A stretch of 62,143 bases of DNA, counting the filler, from Nemertoderma westbladi (Eukaryota > Animalia > Xenacoelomorpha): NCBI GenBank assembly GCA_032718475.1. It is 3 parts of 3 records of this genome, joined end to end, with 100 filler letters (N's around TTAATTAATTAA, not from the genome) between each part and the next. Parts side by side here need not be neighbours in the genome. Positions count along the whole stretch, not along the records: positions 1 to 20,888 come from JAUCBJ010006386.1; 2 more parts are not named here. One strand, given 5' to 3'. Positions within the stretch are counted from its first letter, which is position 1. Each line of letters begins with the position of its first letter. This document shows, piece by piece, positions 1 through 11,515 of this stretch. The position numbers and the translations under genes were made by a program. The notes below the pieces were generated by a model. That model searched no databases. It had not been told where the DNA came from and worked only from the letters and a program-made list of their open reading frames with translations.

Positions 1-196
1 TTGTAGGATAGGTAAGTAGGGTGTAGGGTAGGATACGGTAGGCTACTACAGTAGGTATAGGCTAATACCCCCTCCCCTCTTTACCAAAGCATCCACAGGC
101 AGGTCCAGTGATTGGACTTGTTTCAGTTACTTTTTTTTTTCTTCGAAAAATAGTATTTTTTATGCTTCGAAAATGCTTCTAATAATGTATGAAATT

Positions 197-437
197 ATCC
201 TTCGAAAATGCTTCGTAAACTTCTAATTGAAGGCTAATAGTCTACTAAACGAAGCATTTTTATCTTCGAAATCATCCTTCGAAAAATGCTAAATAAACTT
301 CTAATCGCAGGCGAATAGTCTACTAAACGAAGCATTTTTGTCTTCGAATTATCCTTCGAATATGCTTCGTAAACTACTAATCGAAGGCTAATAGTCTACT
401 AAACGATGGATATTTCTCTTCGAAATCCACCCTTCGA
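197..437. repeat. ~77-bp tandem repeat, 3 diverged copies
   Basis: Unit ATCCTTCGAAAATGCTTCGTAAACTTCTAAT..AATAGTCTACTAAACGAAGCATTTTT..CTTCGAA recurs three times. Confidence 0.8.
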
Positions 438-596
438 AACCTTTAAGAACATTGGAACCAAAAAGCCGGCTTTTATCCGGCGAAATTAGCAGGGTATTAG
501 CCGGCGAAATTAGTAGCAATTTATCAGCGACTTATCATGCTATGACTTTGCTGGGTTATAGCAGCGCAGCGCACAGAGGAAGCCGATAAACTCGCA

Positions 597-1823
597 TTGC
601 TGAAATATATAGGAGGGAAGCGCATAAGAGATGTATTAAAAACTCTACCAAAGGTAGAAAGTTATCAACAGGCTAAATCGGAATTAGATTCACATTTTGA
701 AGCTAAACGAAATGAGTGTTTTGAGAGACATAAATTTAGATGTTTTATTCAAGAAGATGAGGAATCAATGCTGAGTTTTGTTACTCGGCTTAAAACAGCC
801 GCATTGCACTGCAAATTCGAAGAATATAGTCTCGAAAAGGCAATTATAGATCAAATTATAGACAAGTGTAGCAACAAGAAATTAAGAAAAACTTTCTTAA
901 AGGAACAAAAAATCACGTTGGAATCTATTCTAAGGACTGCATATGCTGTTGAATCAGCAAATGCTCATGCTGCAGAAATTGAGGGCTCCGGCAATACAAC
1001 AGAAGTCAACAAGATTTCAAAATATAAGACACGGCCAGAAAAATATCAGTCAACTTGGCAAAACAAGAGAAATATTCAATGCTATGGGTGTGGAAGTTCA
1101 GGTCATCTACATGGTGATAAATCATGCCCAGCTCTTGGAAAAAAATGTAATTATTGCCAACGTGTTAACCATTTTGCTAACATGTGTCGATCAACTGGTC
1201 CTCAGCAAAGAACAAAAGCAATATTGGAGGATATAGTTTGTGACGATGACGATGGGCAGCTACATACTGTAGAAACCAAAATACAACAGCTAGAAGTAGA
1301 CTCAGACAGTGATGATGACACATATATTTTTAAGATTTCTAAGAACATCAGAGAAACTCTTATTGAAATTGATGGATATTCAGTGGGTATGCTTGCTGAT
1401 TCAGGATCGGATGTAAATATGGTAGATGGTAAGACATACAAAGAAATACTGAATGCAAATCGAAAAATTACAATGACAAAAACCACTGCAAAACCAAAGG
1501 CTTATGGACAAATTAAACCTATTCCTCTGCAGGGAGAGTTTTTCGCTGTAATCTCATATGGCAAAAACCGAACTCCAGCACGAATCTTAGTCACAGAACA
1601 TGAAACTACAGGAAACATTCTTAGCAAACATTCTTCCAAACAATTGGGATTGATAAAATTGCAAGAAGATAACATAATGAATATAAATGGAATAATGTCT
1701 CCAATAGAACAATATCCTGACGTTTTTGATGGGATAGGAAGACTAAGAGGTACAGAATTAAAACTCAATATTAACCATGATGTTGAACCTGTGGCCCAGC
1801 CAGTTAGACGTGTGCCTTTCTAG
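597..1823 (+). pseudogene. Gypsy gag-protease region
   Basis: CYGCGSSGH..CPALGKKCNYCQRVNHFANMC knuckles; aspartic protease LADSGS; ends at VAQPVRRVPF (RT start) followed by stop/frameshift. Confidence 0.9.
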
Positions 1824-1849
1824 GCACGACAAAATCAAGGCTTCTACTA

Positions 1850-4491
1850 GTGCAAGAAAAAATCAAAGAAATGCTTAGACAGGACATGATTGAACCAGTA
1901 TATGGGCCAACCCCGTGGGTTTCTCCGATAGTTGTTGAACCAAAACCAGATGGCGATATACGACTGTGTGTCGACTTACGCCAGGTGAATAGGGCAATAA
2001 CAAGAAGTCGATTTCCAATTCCAACACGTGAAGAATTGATAGAAAGAGTGAAAGGTTCTTGCATATTCTCCAAACTAGATCTAAGATCTTATTTCCATCA
2101 AATTCCTTTACACCCAGATTCTCGTGAGATTACCACATTCTCAACGTCGGATGGGATCTATCGCTATAAGGTCCTGGTAATGGGGATTGCATCAGCATCT
2201 GAGGATGGCCAAAGAATATTATCAAAAATATTGGCCGGAATACAAAATTGCAGTAATCTCCAGGATGATATACTAATATGGGGTAAAGACAAAAAAACCC
2301 ATGATAACACACTCGACGAAGTACTGAAGACGTTGCAAAAATTTAACCTAACTTTGAAGCCAGAAAAGTGTATATTCGGTGTAACTGAAGTAGAGTTCTT
2401 TGGGTTGAGAATCTCTAAAAATGGGGTACAGCCACTTGAGTCACATATAGAAGCAGTCACTTCTTTTGTAGAACCAAATAATGTGGCCGAAGTGAGAAGC
2501 TTCATGGGACTCGTCAATTATATAGGCCAGTTTATACAAGATCTCGCCACCATCTCGGAACCAATCCAAGCTTTAACTCGAAAGAATTCAAAATGGAAAT
2601 GGGAGGCACAGGAGAAGTGTGCATTTGAAAAATTGAAGCAGAGAGTCACATCTATTGATGTCATGGGGCATTATGATATCAATAAAGATACCCATTTAAT
2701 AGTAGATGCTAGTCCTGTAGGAGTCGGAGCTATCCTAATGCAAGAATGCAATGATAAATTTCTGCCAATATCCTATGCATCAAAATGCCTCACAAATGTA
2801 GAGTGGCGATATAGCCAGTTGGAAAGGGAAGCATTGGCAGTAACATGGGCCTGTGGAAAGTTTCATTTGTATCTATATGGTACAACTTTCAATATTTGGT
2901 CTGACCACAAACCATTAAAATACATATTTTCCCCAACTGGAAAGCCATCCCCAAGAGTTCAGCGCTGGGCATTATTGTTACAACAATATTCGTTCAACAT
3001 AAAGTTTATCAAAGGGGCCGAAAATCCAGCAGATATACTTTCCAGAAAGCCACATGGCGAAATAACCTTAAGTAAGGAGCAGATCATGGCAGAAACATAT
3101 ATAAATAGTATAATAGCAAATGCCGTTCCACGAGCGATCTCCCTCTGTGAAATAATTGAAATGTCTCTGAAAGACACTGAAATAACTGAAGTCGGTAAGA
3201 TGATGGAATCAGGACTCTGGGATGCTAGCCATCCATTCTATCGTGTGAAAGATGAACTATGCTTCAAAAGAGGTCTCTTGATGAGGGGAAACAGGATTGT
3301 CATACCAAAGGAACTGCGTCGTAGCATATTAAAAATTGCTCATGAGACCCATCCAGGAATTGTACGGACCAAAGCATTACTTAGAACAAAGGTATGGTGG
3401 CCAGGTATTGATGCTGCAGTGGAAGTCTTGGTCAGAAACTGTATTCCATGCCAGGCACAACGGGACACCCAGGGGCATGAACCACTGATAATGAGTAAAA
3501 TGGGGAGACCATGGGAGAAACTACACATCGATTTATGTGGACCGTTGCCTTCAGGGGAATACATAGTTGGAATAATTGATGCATCATCGAGATGGCCTGA
3601 ATTATTCACATCAAAAACTACAGTCACAGAAAAGGTAATAGAATGTTTGGAAACTTGTATAGCCAGTCATGGGGTTCCAGACGTATTAATATCAGATAAT
3701 GGGCCACAGTTTCGTTCGAAACAATTCAAGCGATTTTGCAAAGAATGGGGTATAATACATCAAAAAACTGCACCATATCACCCACAAACCAATGGGGAAA
3801 TTGAACGACTATGGCGCCCGCTGCTAGAACAGAGGGTAAAGACTGGAAACAAGCTATAAGGAAATTTCTAATGGTGTATAGAAATATACCCCATACAAGT
3901 ACTGGGAAGACCCCATCAGAATTAATGGGAAGAGTTCCAAAAACAAAACTGCCTTGTATTGCGGGAAATGAGTTACAATTGCCAATGTTTCAAGAAGCAA
4001 TACAGAGGGATACAATGATGAAGGAAAAAGTGAAGATATATGCAGACAGGAAGAATAAAGAGAAAAAGATTCATCCAGGCGATATGGTTTTAATACAACA
4101 GCACAAGCAAAATAAGTTCACAACTAGATTTGACCCAAATCCTTTCCAAGTTCAAGAGAAAAAGGGAACGGCGCTGATTCTGAGAAGAGGAAACGAGGTA
4201 AAGATGAGAAATACGAGTAAAGTGGTACCCATACCGGACACAAATGAGAGAGATAAGGGGTATGATAATATTGATGATGATAATATTGACAGTGATGAGT
4301 GTGGTAGTATGCATGAAGATATTAATAATGGATTAGAAAACCAACCCTTACGAGACAAATTGGGACAGGATGTGTGTCATACACCCCCAGTGCCAGGCCA
4401 AATACAACAGCCTTCTCAATCCCAAGGAAAAGGCTGGTGTGATATTGACTCGAGGAATATTATCGTAGGATCACGGAAGAGGAAGAAATAA
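1850..4491 (+). pseudogene. Gypsy pol (RT-RNase H-integrase), frameshift near 3810
   Basis: RT motifs PWVSP, RLCVDLR, SKLDL, LQDDILIWG; RNase H DASPVGVGA, YSQLEREALA, SDHKPL; integrase H..H/CIPC, IDLCGP, SDNGPQF, NGEIER; C-terminus (YRNIPH..TGKTPSELM) continues in ORF 3811-4491. Confidence 0.93.
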
Positions 4492-4551
4492 TAAAGACTG
4501 ATATAACGGACTTATTATTAGAATAATCCTTTGTTTAAATGAGAAGAGTGA

Positions 4552-4695
4552 TGTAATGTTGGGACTGAATGACAGAACTGGAGAACTATAGATACTGAGT
4601 AAGACACTGTACATACATAGGTCTTGACTGACTAATATATAGGTGATGGGCTGGAGCCTTCTTTATTATACTATTGAACTAAGGAAGAGAATACA
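4552..4695 (+). repeat. putative 3' LTR of the Gypsy element (~144 bp)
   Basis: Begins TGTAATG immediately after purine tract GAGAAGAGTGA (PPT, 4541-4551) and ends AATACA. The right end is inferred from CA only. Confidence 0.6.
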
Positions 4696-4901
4696 TTTTA
4701 GAAATATTTTCGAATTATTGGAAGCAGACTTTGGACGACCATATCTCCGGTACTGGTAGGCCTATTGAGTCGAAATTTTTTTTAATCTACTTAGAACACT
4801 CCAGTGAATGTTTTTTAGTTTGAAAGTTTTGCCCCAAAATGCTTAGAAGTAATTTCGAAAAAACTGATCATTTCGCGATCATGACCTTTTGACCCCCTAG
4901 A

Positions 4902-5520
4902 ATTGAACTTTTTTATGCCCAAATTTTGGCTATCCCCACTAATTCGAGGGTGAGGAATCTTTTTGTAATGGTGAGTTTTTCAATACGGTGAACTCACAGG
5001 ACTTCAGCTTCGAAATAAAACCGAAAACATGATCTTTCCTGATCACGGCCTGATCAATTCGCTTTTTGAAAATTTCGAAATATACAAAAGGTGCCCCTTC
5101 ACCATAGAAGTCGATTCGTAAAAAAAATCGGGGGTCTCAAACAAAGTTTTCGAGAAAATTCGAAAATACTACAAAATCCGATCTTTTACAGTATGATCAG
5201 GTATCAGATCTCGAGAACGACTTGAACTTTTTTATGCCCATATTTTGGCTACCCCCCCCCCCCCCCCCTAATTCGAGGGTGAGGAATCTTTTTGTAATGT
5301 TAAGTTTTTCCATACAGTGAACTCACAGGACTTGGTCTTCGAAATAAAACCGAAAACACAATCTTTTCTGATCGCGGCCTGATCAAATTGCTTTTTGGAA
5401 ATTTCGAAATATACAAAAGGTGCCCCTTCACCATAGAAGTTGATTCGTAAAAAAAAATCGGGGGTATCAAATAAAGTTTTCGAGAAAATTCGAAAAAACT
5501 AAAAAATCCAATCTTTTATG
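4902..5520. repeat. ~320-bp direct tandem duplication (2 copies), probable non-autonomous element interior
   Basis: TTGAACTTTTTTATGCCC..AATTCGAGGGTGAGGAATC..GGTGCCCCTTCACCATAGAAG..ATCTTTTA at ~4902-5190 and ~5222-5520. Confidence 0.85.
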
Positions 5521-5523
5521 TAC

Positions 5524-5625
5524 CCATGGCAATATGGGTGAACCATGGCTATCTGGGTGAACCAACTCTATCTAGGTGAACCAACTCTATCCGGGTGAAC
5601 CATGGCTATCTGGGTGAACCATGGC
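5524..5625. repeat. 19-bp satellite GGGTGAACCATGGCTATCT, short array 1
   Basis: About 5 units abutting the AFG1L copy 1 stop codon. Confidence 0.9.
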
Positions 5626-7053
5626 TTATCTCCGCTCCCAATAGTTCAGCGATTGCATCTCCGTGAGACGACTGACGGCCCTGGCAAATGCGAATATTTC
5701 ATTCTCCCCAGTGAATATGCTGGACTCCGCGATATTTTCCGCTACTGTCAATGACAGATCGTCCATCAGCTGTCTGTGAGTATCCGTGTCGCGATGGTCA
5801 CTGTCGCTATCAACAAGACACGTCTCGAATAGAACCGCGAGAGGCGCTTCTGCAGTGCAGACTAGCCTCACCTTGTACTCGTAGAATGTATCAACTAGAG
5901 TTATAAACCTCCTGGCTTCCGTCTTCCTTGATACATTCAGTTTCGGTATTGACAAAATGAAAACTGTGTGAAAAGCTTTAGCGACTGCGATGTAATCCGC
6001 TGCTCCCATTGGCTTCTGGCATAGATCCCGGAAGTGGAACCAGCTCAGACCGCCGTGGTGATTGGGCACCGGGATGCTCCTACCGTGGGTGTAAACCTCA
6101 GGAGTGTGGTTGGCGTCCGTCGGTTCCAACTGGGTGAGTTTGTCGAAGATCGCGAGCGCTCGATGGTTTACCTCATCCAGGTCATGGTGCTCGGTGGCCA
6201 CGAGGAAGAGATTACCGAAAGGGACACCCAGTTGTCGGTAATCCGTGGCGGATTGCATCGCGACGACCTCGCAACAACGGCCGAGAGCGTCGATAAATGG
6301 AAGGAAGTTGGTCCGCTGCAAACCGTTTTTGTATAAATCCGAAGGTTTTCTGTTGGATGTCGCGACTAAAACTAATCCGCGATTCCAAAGTTCAGAGAAC
6401 AAATTCTTTAGGTTCATGGCATCTGCAATGTCTGTAACTTGGAACTCGTCTAGACAAAGGAGTGTGGTTGACGCGGCTATTGAATCGGCGACTTTGGACA
6501 ACGGGTTCAACGCCACCGAGCGGGAAGATCTAGGTGAGTTTTGTTTGATTCTGTGAACATCGGCGTGAACGTCCAGCATAAATGAGTGGAAATGTGTCCG
6601 TCGTTTGGGGACTTTGCTACACGCGAACATTATATCCATTAACATTGTCTTTCCGCAGCCAACAGGCCCCCATATGTAGACCCCTTTTGACGCCATTTCG
6701 GGCTTCGCTTTACTAAACCAAGAGAAGTAATTCGATCCAGTTTGTGTTAATTTACTTGTTTCTATTCTTTCGTAAAGTTCTTCCAAACTCATCATAACTT
6801 TTTCTTGGTTTTGGTCACGGGAAATTATGGATTCGTTTACGTACTTCCAGTATAACTCCATGGGTGTCTCCTCATGGTATTTAAACATTTCCAGTTCCAA
6901 CTGACTGCTGAGTTGGGTCCCTTTGCGGCGAACCGCAATAGTTTGGTGGCCAATGTTACATTTGTTCTTTAAGGAGATTAACGAATAACATATCATAATT
7001 GGTTTAATCGTATGCGAGTTGCTTAGAGCTAGAAGTCTAAAAGTTGAAATCAT
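5626..7053 (-). CDS. AFG1L: AFG1-like mitochondrial AAA+ ATPase (LACE1), copy 1, intronless
   Basis: KGVYIWGPVGCGKTMLMD (Walker A), HFHSFMLDVH, LLCLDEFQVTDIADAM (Walker B), TSNRKPSDLYKNGLQR, EARRFITLVD, EIFAF.R..SRL.EMQ; N-terminus poor in acidic residues, resembling a mitochondrial presequence. Confidence 0.93.
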   Translation of the reverse strand: MISTFRLLALSNSHTIKPIMICYSLISLKNKCNIGHQTIAVRRKGTQLSSQLELEMFKYHEETPMELYWKYVNESIISRDQNQEKVMMSLEELYERIETSKLTQTGSNYFSWFSKAKPEMASKGVYIWGPVGCGKTMLMDIMFACSKVPKRRTHFHSFMLDVHADVHRIKQNSPRSSRSVALNPLSKVADSIAASTTLLCLDEFQVTDIADAMNLKNLFSELWNRGLVLVATSNRKPSDLYKNGLQRTNFLPFIDALGRCCEVVAMQSATDYRQLGVPFGNLFLVATEHHDLDEVNHRALAIFDKLTQLEPTDANHTPEVYTHGRSIPVPNHHGGLSWFHFRDLCQKPMGAADYIAVAKAFHTVFILSIPKLNVSRKTEARRFITLVDTFYEYKVRLVCTAEAPLAVLFETCLVDSDSDHRDTDTHRQLMDDLSLTVAENIAESSIFTGENEIFAFARAVSRLTEMQSLNYWERR

Positions 7054-7127
7054 GACGCATTCGCAGAACAGTTAGGAATATAAGCTCCAAATGACCAAAA
7101 TCCTACAGCTAGCATTGTGGATGATAC

Positions 7128-8734
7128 TAGGGATGTCCCGGAATTCCGTTCCGGCCGGAATTCCGGTGGTTTTTGCCCGATTCCGGTTCCCGCCGGAATT
7201 GCCGGAATGGGGTCATTTCCGGCCGGAATTTTACCGGAATTACAAGGTTCATATCTAGATTAGTAGTTGCAATTAGTTTGTTAAATTATTATCAACATTT
7301 ATATATTTTTTAAACATTATTACCAATTAGTTTAAGATACTTTTCAACACTGGCAAAAAAGTATAGAAATAAAGTTTTCTTCGACCGTTAGAGCTCTAAC
7401 ATTTAAGGATGAAAGGCATATATGCCCCCTGGTTAGCCCCTTCAAACCATTCGTGCCGAATCGAAAACTGCCTTGGCCCACATACAGGGATCGAACCCAC
7501 GACCTCCAGATAGATTGGAAATCAATGCAACCACTACACCAAGGTGGAACCTAACTAACCTATATATCGAGGAAAAATTCACAGCCACCCTTTTTAGTTT
7601 ATTAATCACAGTAACCAATCACAGGCCTCTTGCCGGATATATCACATGAGTCATGTCCATGTGTCAAAAGATGGAACATGGGACATAATCACTTTCGACT
7701 CATAGGTCGTAACTTACGATTTACCAGTGGAGACGCTCCTTTTGAAACCAATGTGTTCCATAATTTATTCTGACTAAGACTACATAAGACTTACCAGTGG
7801 AGCACGCCTTCACGAGTGGTTTTTCCAACTTGCTTATAAAATGGCGTTTTTCAGATTGATTTTACATTGTTTAACATTGATCTTACAATATTTTACATTG
7901 ATTTTTACATTGAGTTTAAATTATTTTAGATTGATTTTATATTATTTTACTTTGATTTAATTATTAAATAATATGATAATTACAGGCGGCTAAGTAAATT
8001 GCTAATGAAACTCGATTAACGATTAACACAATTACAATTACTACTTTAACCTAAAACTAATATAAATATAAAACGTTATTACAATACGTACAGGTCCTGA
8101 GAGTGGTCGTTAGTTCAGTCCTGCGTCGTAGGTGCTGCATAATATAGTAGTTTAATTTATATTTACAGCAAATCCATTTCTTACCATAAATCTATTTATT
8201 CCCAGCAATAATTAACTGTAACATGTACTTGTACTATTTGCCTCGTTTATTGTTTTGGTTCGAATAACATGTCACTGTAACATGCTCCTTTTCCTTAAAG
8301 ACACCAGGATATTGCACCAAAGAACCTAATGACGCGAAACCATAGGTTTTGGGTTAACTTAGTGTAGGTTTTTAGGTATGAATGAGTCTATAGGCTAAAA
8401 ACCTAACTTTTGGCCAAGGTTGTCGATTTTAGAAAAAAAATTATATTGAATAATGCCGAAGTACCATCCCGTCCCCATAATAGGCCATAACGGGCCAGGC
8501 CATTCTCCACTCCACTCACCTTAATTGTAATTCCCCCCCAAGGTTGTGATTCATCTCATTATCAAACTTGGCTTTAGAGATTAAAAAAATTCATTTGTTT
8601 CACAAAAAATTATAATATTTCCTGGGTATTTCACTAATTATAGAAACTTCCGGATCCGGCCGGAATATTCCGGCATGTTGAATTCCGGTTCCGGTTCCGG
8701 CGGGAATCAAAATATCGATTCCGGGACATCCCTA
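7128..8734. mobile_element. non-autonomous hAT-type element, copy 1
   Basis: 17-bp TIR TAGGGATGTCCCGGAAT/ATTCCGGGACATCCCTA; 8-bp TSD GATGATAC (7120-7127, 8735-8742); CCGGAATT subterminal repeats; empty site visible upstream of AFG1L copy 3 (~20626). Confidence 0.92.
7470..7550 (-). mobile_element. tRNA-derived SINE-like head inside the hAT element (second copy ~13368-13448)
   Basis: Minus strand has A box TGGTGTAGTGG and B box GGTTCGATCCC at tRNA-like spacing; no clean cloverleaf. Confidence 0.6.
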
Positions 8735-8805
8735 GATGATACTACAGTATATAAGGGCATTTAAAGAGTCCACGGAGTCAGACTAATGGACTGTTTAAAT
8801 AACTA

Positions 8806-9887
8806 CAGTAGAGAGGGGTTAAATTGATACCCCGAGGCAACTTTGATTTTGAAATGGGCTACTTTGATAGTTGTTATGCATATATTAATAGTCATACTAA
8901 TTTCACTTTTTATATGTGTATGTATGTAGGCATGTATTATGCATTTATAGGCCTATACGGTATTTTGCAATTGTCAGGTTGTTTGTTAGTAGGTCTGTTT
9001 GGTAGGTACCAGTACCTTAAATTATCTGTATATCATATTCCAAATAGGAATATTGCTATTATATATCATTCATATATCTATTTATATCAAGAGAATCTAC
9101 CGTTAGGTACATAATTATGGTTCGTCATTATAAAAGAGAACCTGGGTCAAGGAATTATAAAAACTATACTGACAATACCCTGAACAATGCAATAAAGTGA
9201 ATTAAAGAAAATGGCGAATCGATTATATTTGTCAGCAGCAAGTTTAAAATACCACATGGCACGTTATGCAATAAGCCGAACAAGCACCATGAGGGATCTG
9301 TTGATCACCCAACAGCAATGACAGAAACAGAAGAGTTAAAATGGTGGAGGCCATAAATGTTTTGGCCAAATGGAAAAAGCCATTCATTGGATGGTCTGGA
9401 AGTTCGCCTTATGGTGCAAAATATGCTGACCAAATCAGGAAAGGTACTGAGGGAATTCTCTTCTAAGGTAAAGGAACCCAAGGTCATAAATATTCCTGGG
9501 CAAGATTGGCTTCAAGGTTTCATGAAGAGACATGATCTGACCAAACGAATCGCTGACAATGTCACTCCGGCAACGGCAGACGTTGGGGAGAAACAGATCA
9601 ATTCTTTCTTCGATAATAATTATATAGCTGAGAATCCGGAGGGTATTCCTCCAGCTAATATTTATAATTTCGACGAAACTAACATCAGTAACCAACCTGG
9701 AGATATACGTGTCATATGTGGATCGAATCGTGTTGAAATAATCATATCGAAGTCCAAGCAATCAATATCTCTTATGTTCAGTGGGTCTGCAGATGGTAAG
9801 CTCTTGCCACTCATGGTAGTTTACAAAGCTTCTGGAAAGTATGATGCAGAATGGGGAGTTGGGGGGTATGTAGTATGTAGGAGTAGG
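8806..9887 (+). mobile_element. pogo/Tigger-like DNA transposon, 3'-truncated, transposase pseudogene from ATG 9117
   Basis: Starts CAGTAGAGAGGGG after TA where copy 3 diverges; MVRHYKR..psq-like HTH with in-frame stop; CENP-B-like PGQDWLQGFMKRH; first catalytic motif IYNFDET; ADGKLLPLMVVYK; cut by satellite. Confidence 0.85.
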
Positions 9888-11515
9888 ATGGCTATCTGGG
9901 TTAACCAACTTTATATGGGTGAACCATGGCTATCTAGGTGAACCATTGCTATCGGTGTGAACCAACTCTATATGGGTGAACCATGGCTATATCTGGATGA
10001 ACCATGTCTATCTGGGTGAACCACCTCTATCTGGGTGAACCATGGCTATCTGTGTGAACCAACTATATATGGGTGAACCATGGTCATCTGGGTGATCCAT
10101 GGCTATATCTGGGTGAACCAACTCTATATGGGTGAACCATGGCTATCTGTGTGAACCAACTCTATATGGGTGAACCATGGCTATCTGGGTGAACCATGGA
10201 TATATCTGGGTGAACCATGACTATCTGGGTGAACCAACTCTATATGGGTGAACCATGGCTATCTGTATGAACCAACTCTATATGGGTGAACCATGGCTAT
10301 CTGGGTGAACCATGACTATCTGGGTGAACCAACTCTATATGGGTGAACCATGGCTATCTGGGTGAACCATGGCTATCTGGGTGAACCATGACTATCTGGG
10401 TGAACCAACTCCATCTGAGTGAACCATGGCTATCTGGGTGAACCATGGATATATGGGTGAACCATGGCTATCTGGGTGAACCAACTCTATATGGGTGAAC
10501 CATGGCTATCTGGGTGAACCATGGCTATCTGGGTGAACCAACTCTATATGGGTGAACCATGGCTATCTGTATGAACCAACTCTATATGGGTGAACCATGG
10601 CTATCTGGGTGAACCATGGCTATCTGGGTGAACCATGACTATCTGGGTGAACCAACTCTATATGGGTGAACCATGGCTATCTGTATGAACCAACTCTATA
10701 TGGGTGAACCATGGCTATCTGGGTGAACCATGGCTATCTGGGTGAACCATGACTATCTGGGTGAACCAACTCTATATGGGTGAACCATGGCTATCTGGGT
10801 GAACCATGGCTATCTGGGTGAACCATGACTATCTGGGTGAACCAACTCCCTCTGAGTGAACCATGGCTATCTGGGTGAACCATGGCTATATGTGTGAACC
10901 ATGGCTATCTGGGTGAACCAACTCTATATGGGTGAACAATGGCTATATGGGTGAACCATGGCTATCTGGGTGAACCAACTCTATATGGGTAAACCATGGC
11001 TATCTGGGTGAACGATGGCTATATGGGTGAACCATGGCTATCTGGGTGAACCATGGCTATCTGGGTGAACCAAGGCTATCTGTGTGAAACAACTTTATAT
11101 GGGTGAACCATGGCTATCTGGGTGAACCGTGACTATCTGGGTGAACCATGGCTATCTGGGTGAACCATGGCTATCTGGGTGAACCATGGCTATCTGTGTG
11201 AACCAACTCTATATGGGTGAACCATGGCTATATCTGGGTGTACCAACTCTATATGGATGAACCTTGGCTACCTGGGTGAACCAAGGCTATCTGTGTGAAA
11301 CAACTTTATATGGGTGAACCATGGCTATCTGGGTGAACCATGGCTATCTGTGTGAACCAACTTTATATGGGTGAACCATGGCTATCTGGGTAAACCGTGG
11401 CTATCTGGGTGAACCATGGCTATCTGGGTGAACCATGGCTATCTGGGTGAACCATGGTTATATGGCTGAACCAACTCTATCTGGGTGAACCAACTCTATC
11501 TGGGTGAACCATGGC
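9888..11515. repeat. 19-bp satellite, array 2 (~1.6 kb)
   Basis: GGGTGAACCATGGCTATCT interspersed with GGGTGAACCAACTCTATAT and 21-bp variants. Confidence 0.95.

Larger units (their letters stand above)
573..4695 (+). mobile_element. Ty3/Gypsy LTR retrotransposon, 5'-truncated and frameshifted
   Basis: Domain order gag (Zn knuckles)-PR-RT-RNaseH-IN, then PPT and a TG...CA 3' LTR. No matching 5' LTR upstream. Confidence 0.93.

Noticed and set aside
1823-1850. Programmed gag/pol frameshift
   Set aside because: The break falls after the protease inside the RT N-terminus, with no clear slippery site; more likely a disabling indel.
5626-7053. Bacterial zapE horizontal transfer as the source of the intronless ATPase
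   Set aside because: Presequence-like N-terminus and animal-type C-terminal motifs (HRQLMDDL, SIFTGE.EIFAF.R..SRL.EMQ..YW) favour eukaryotic AFG1L; a phylogeny would settle it.
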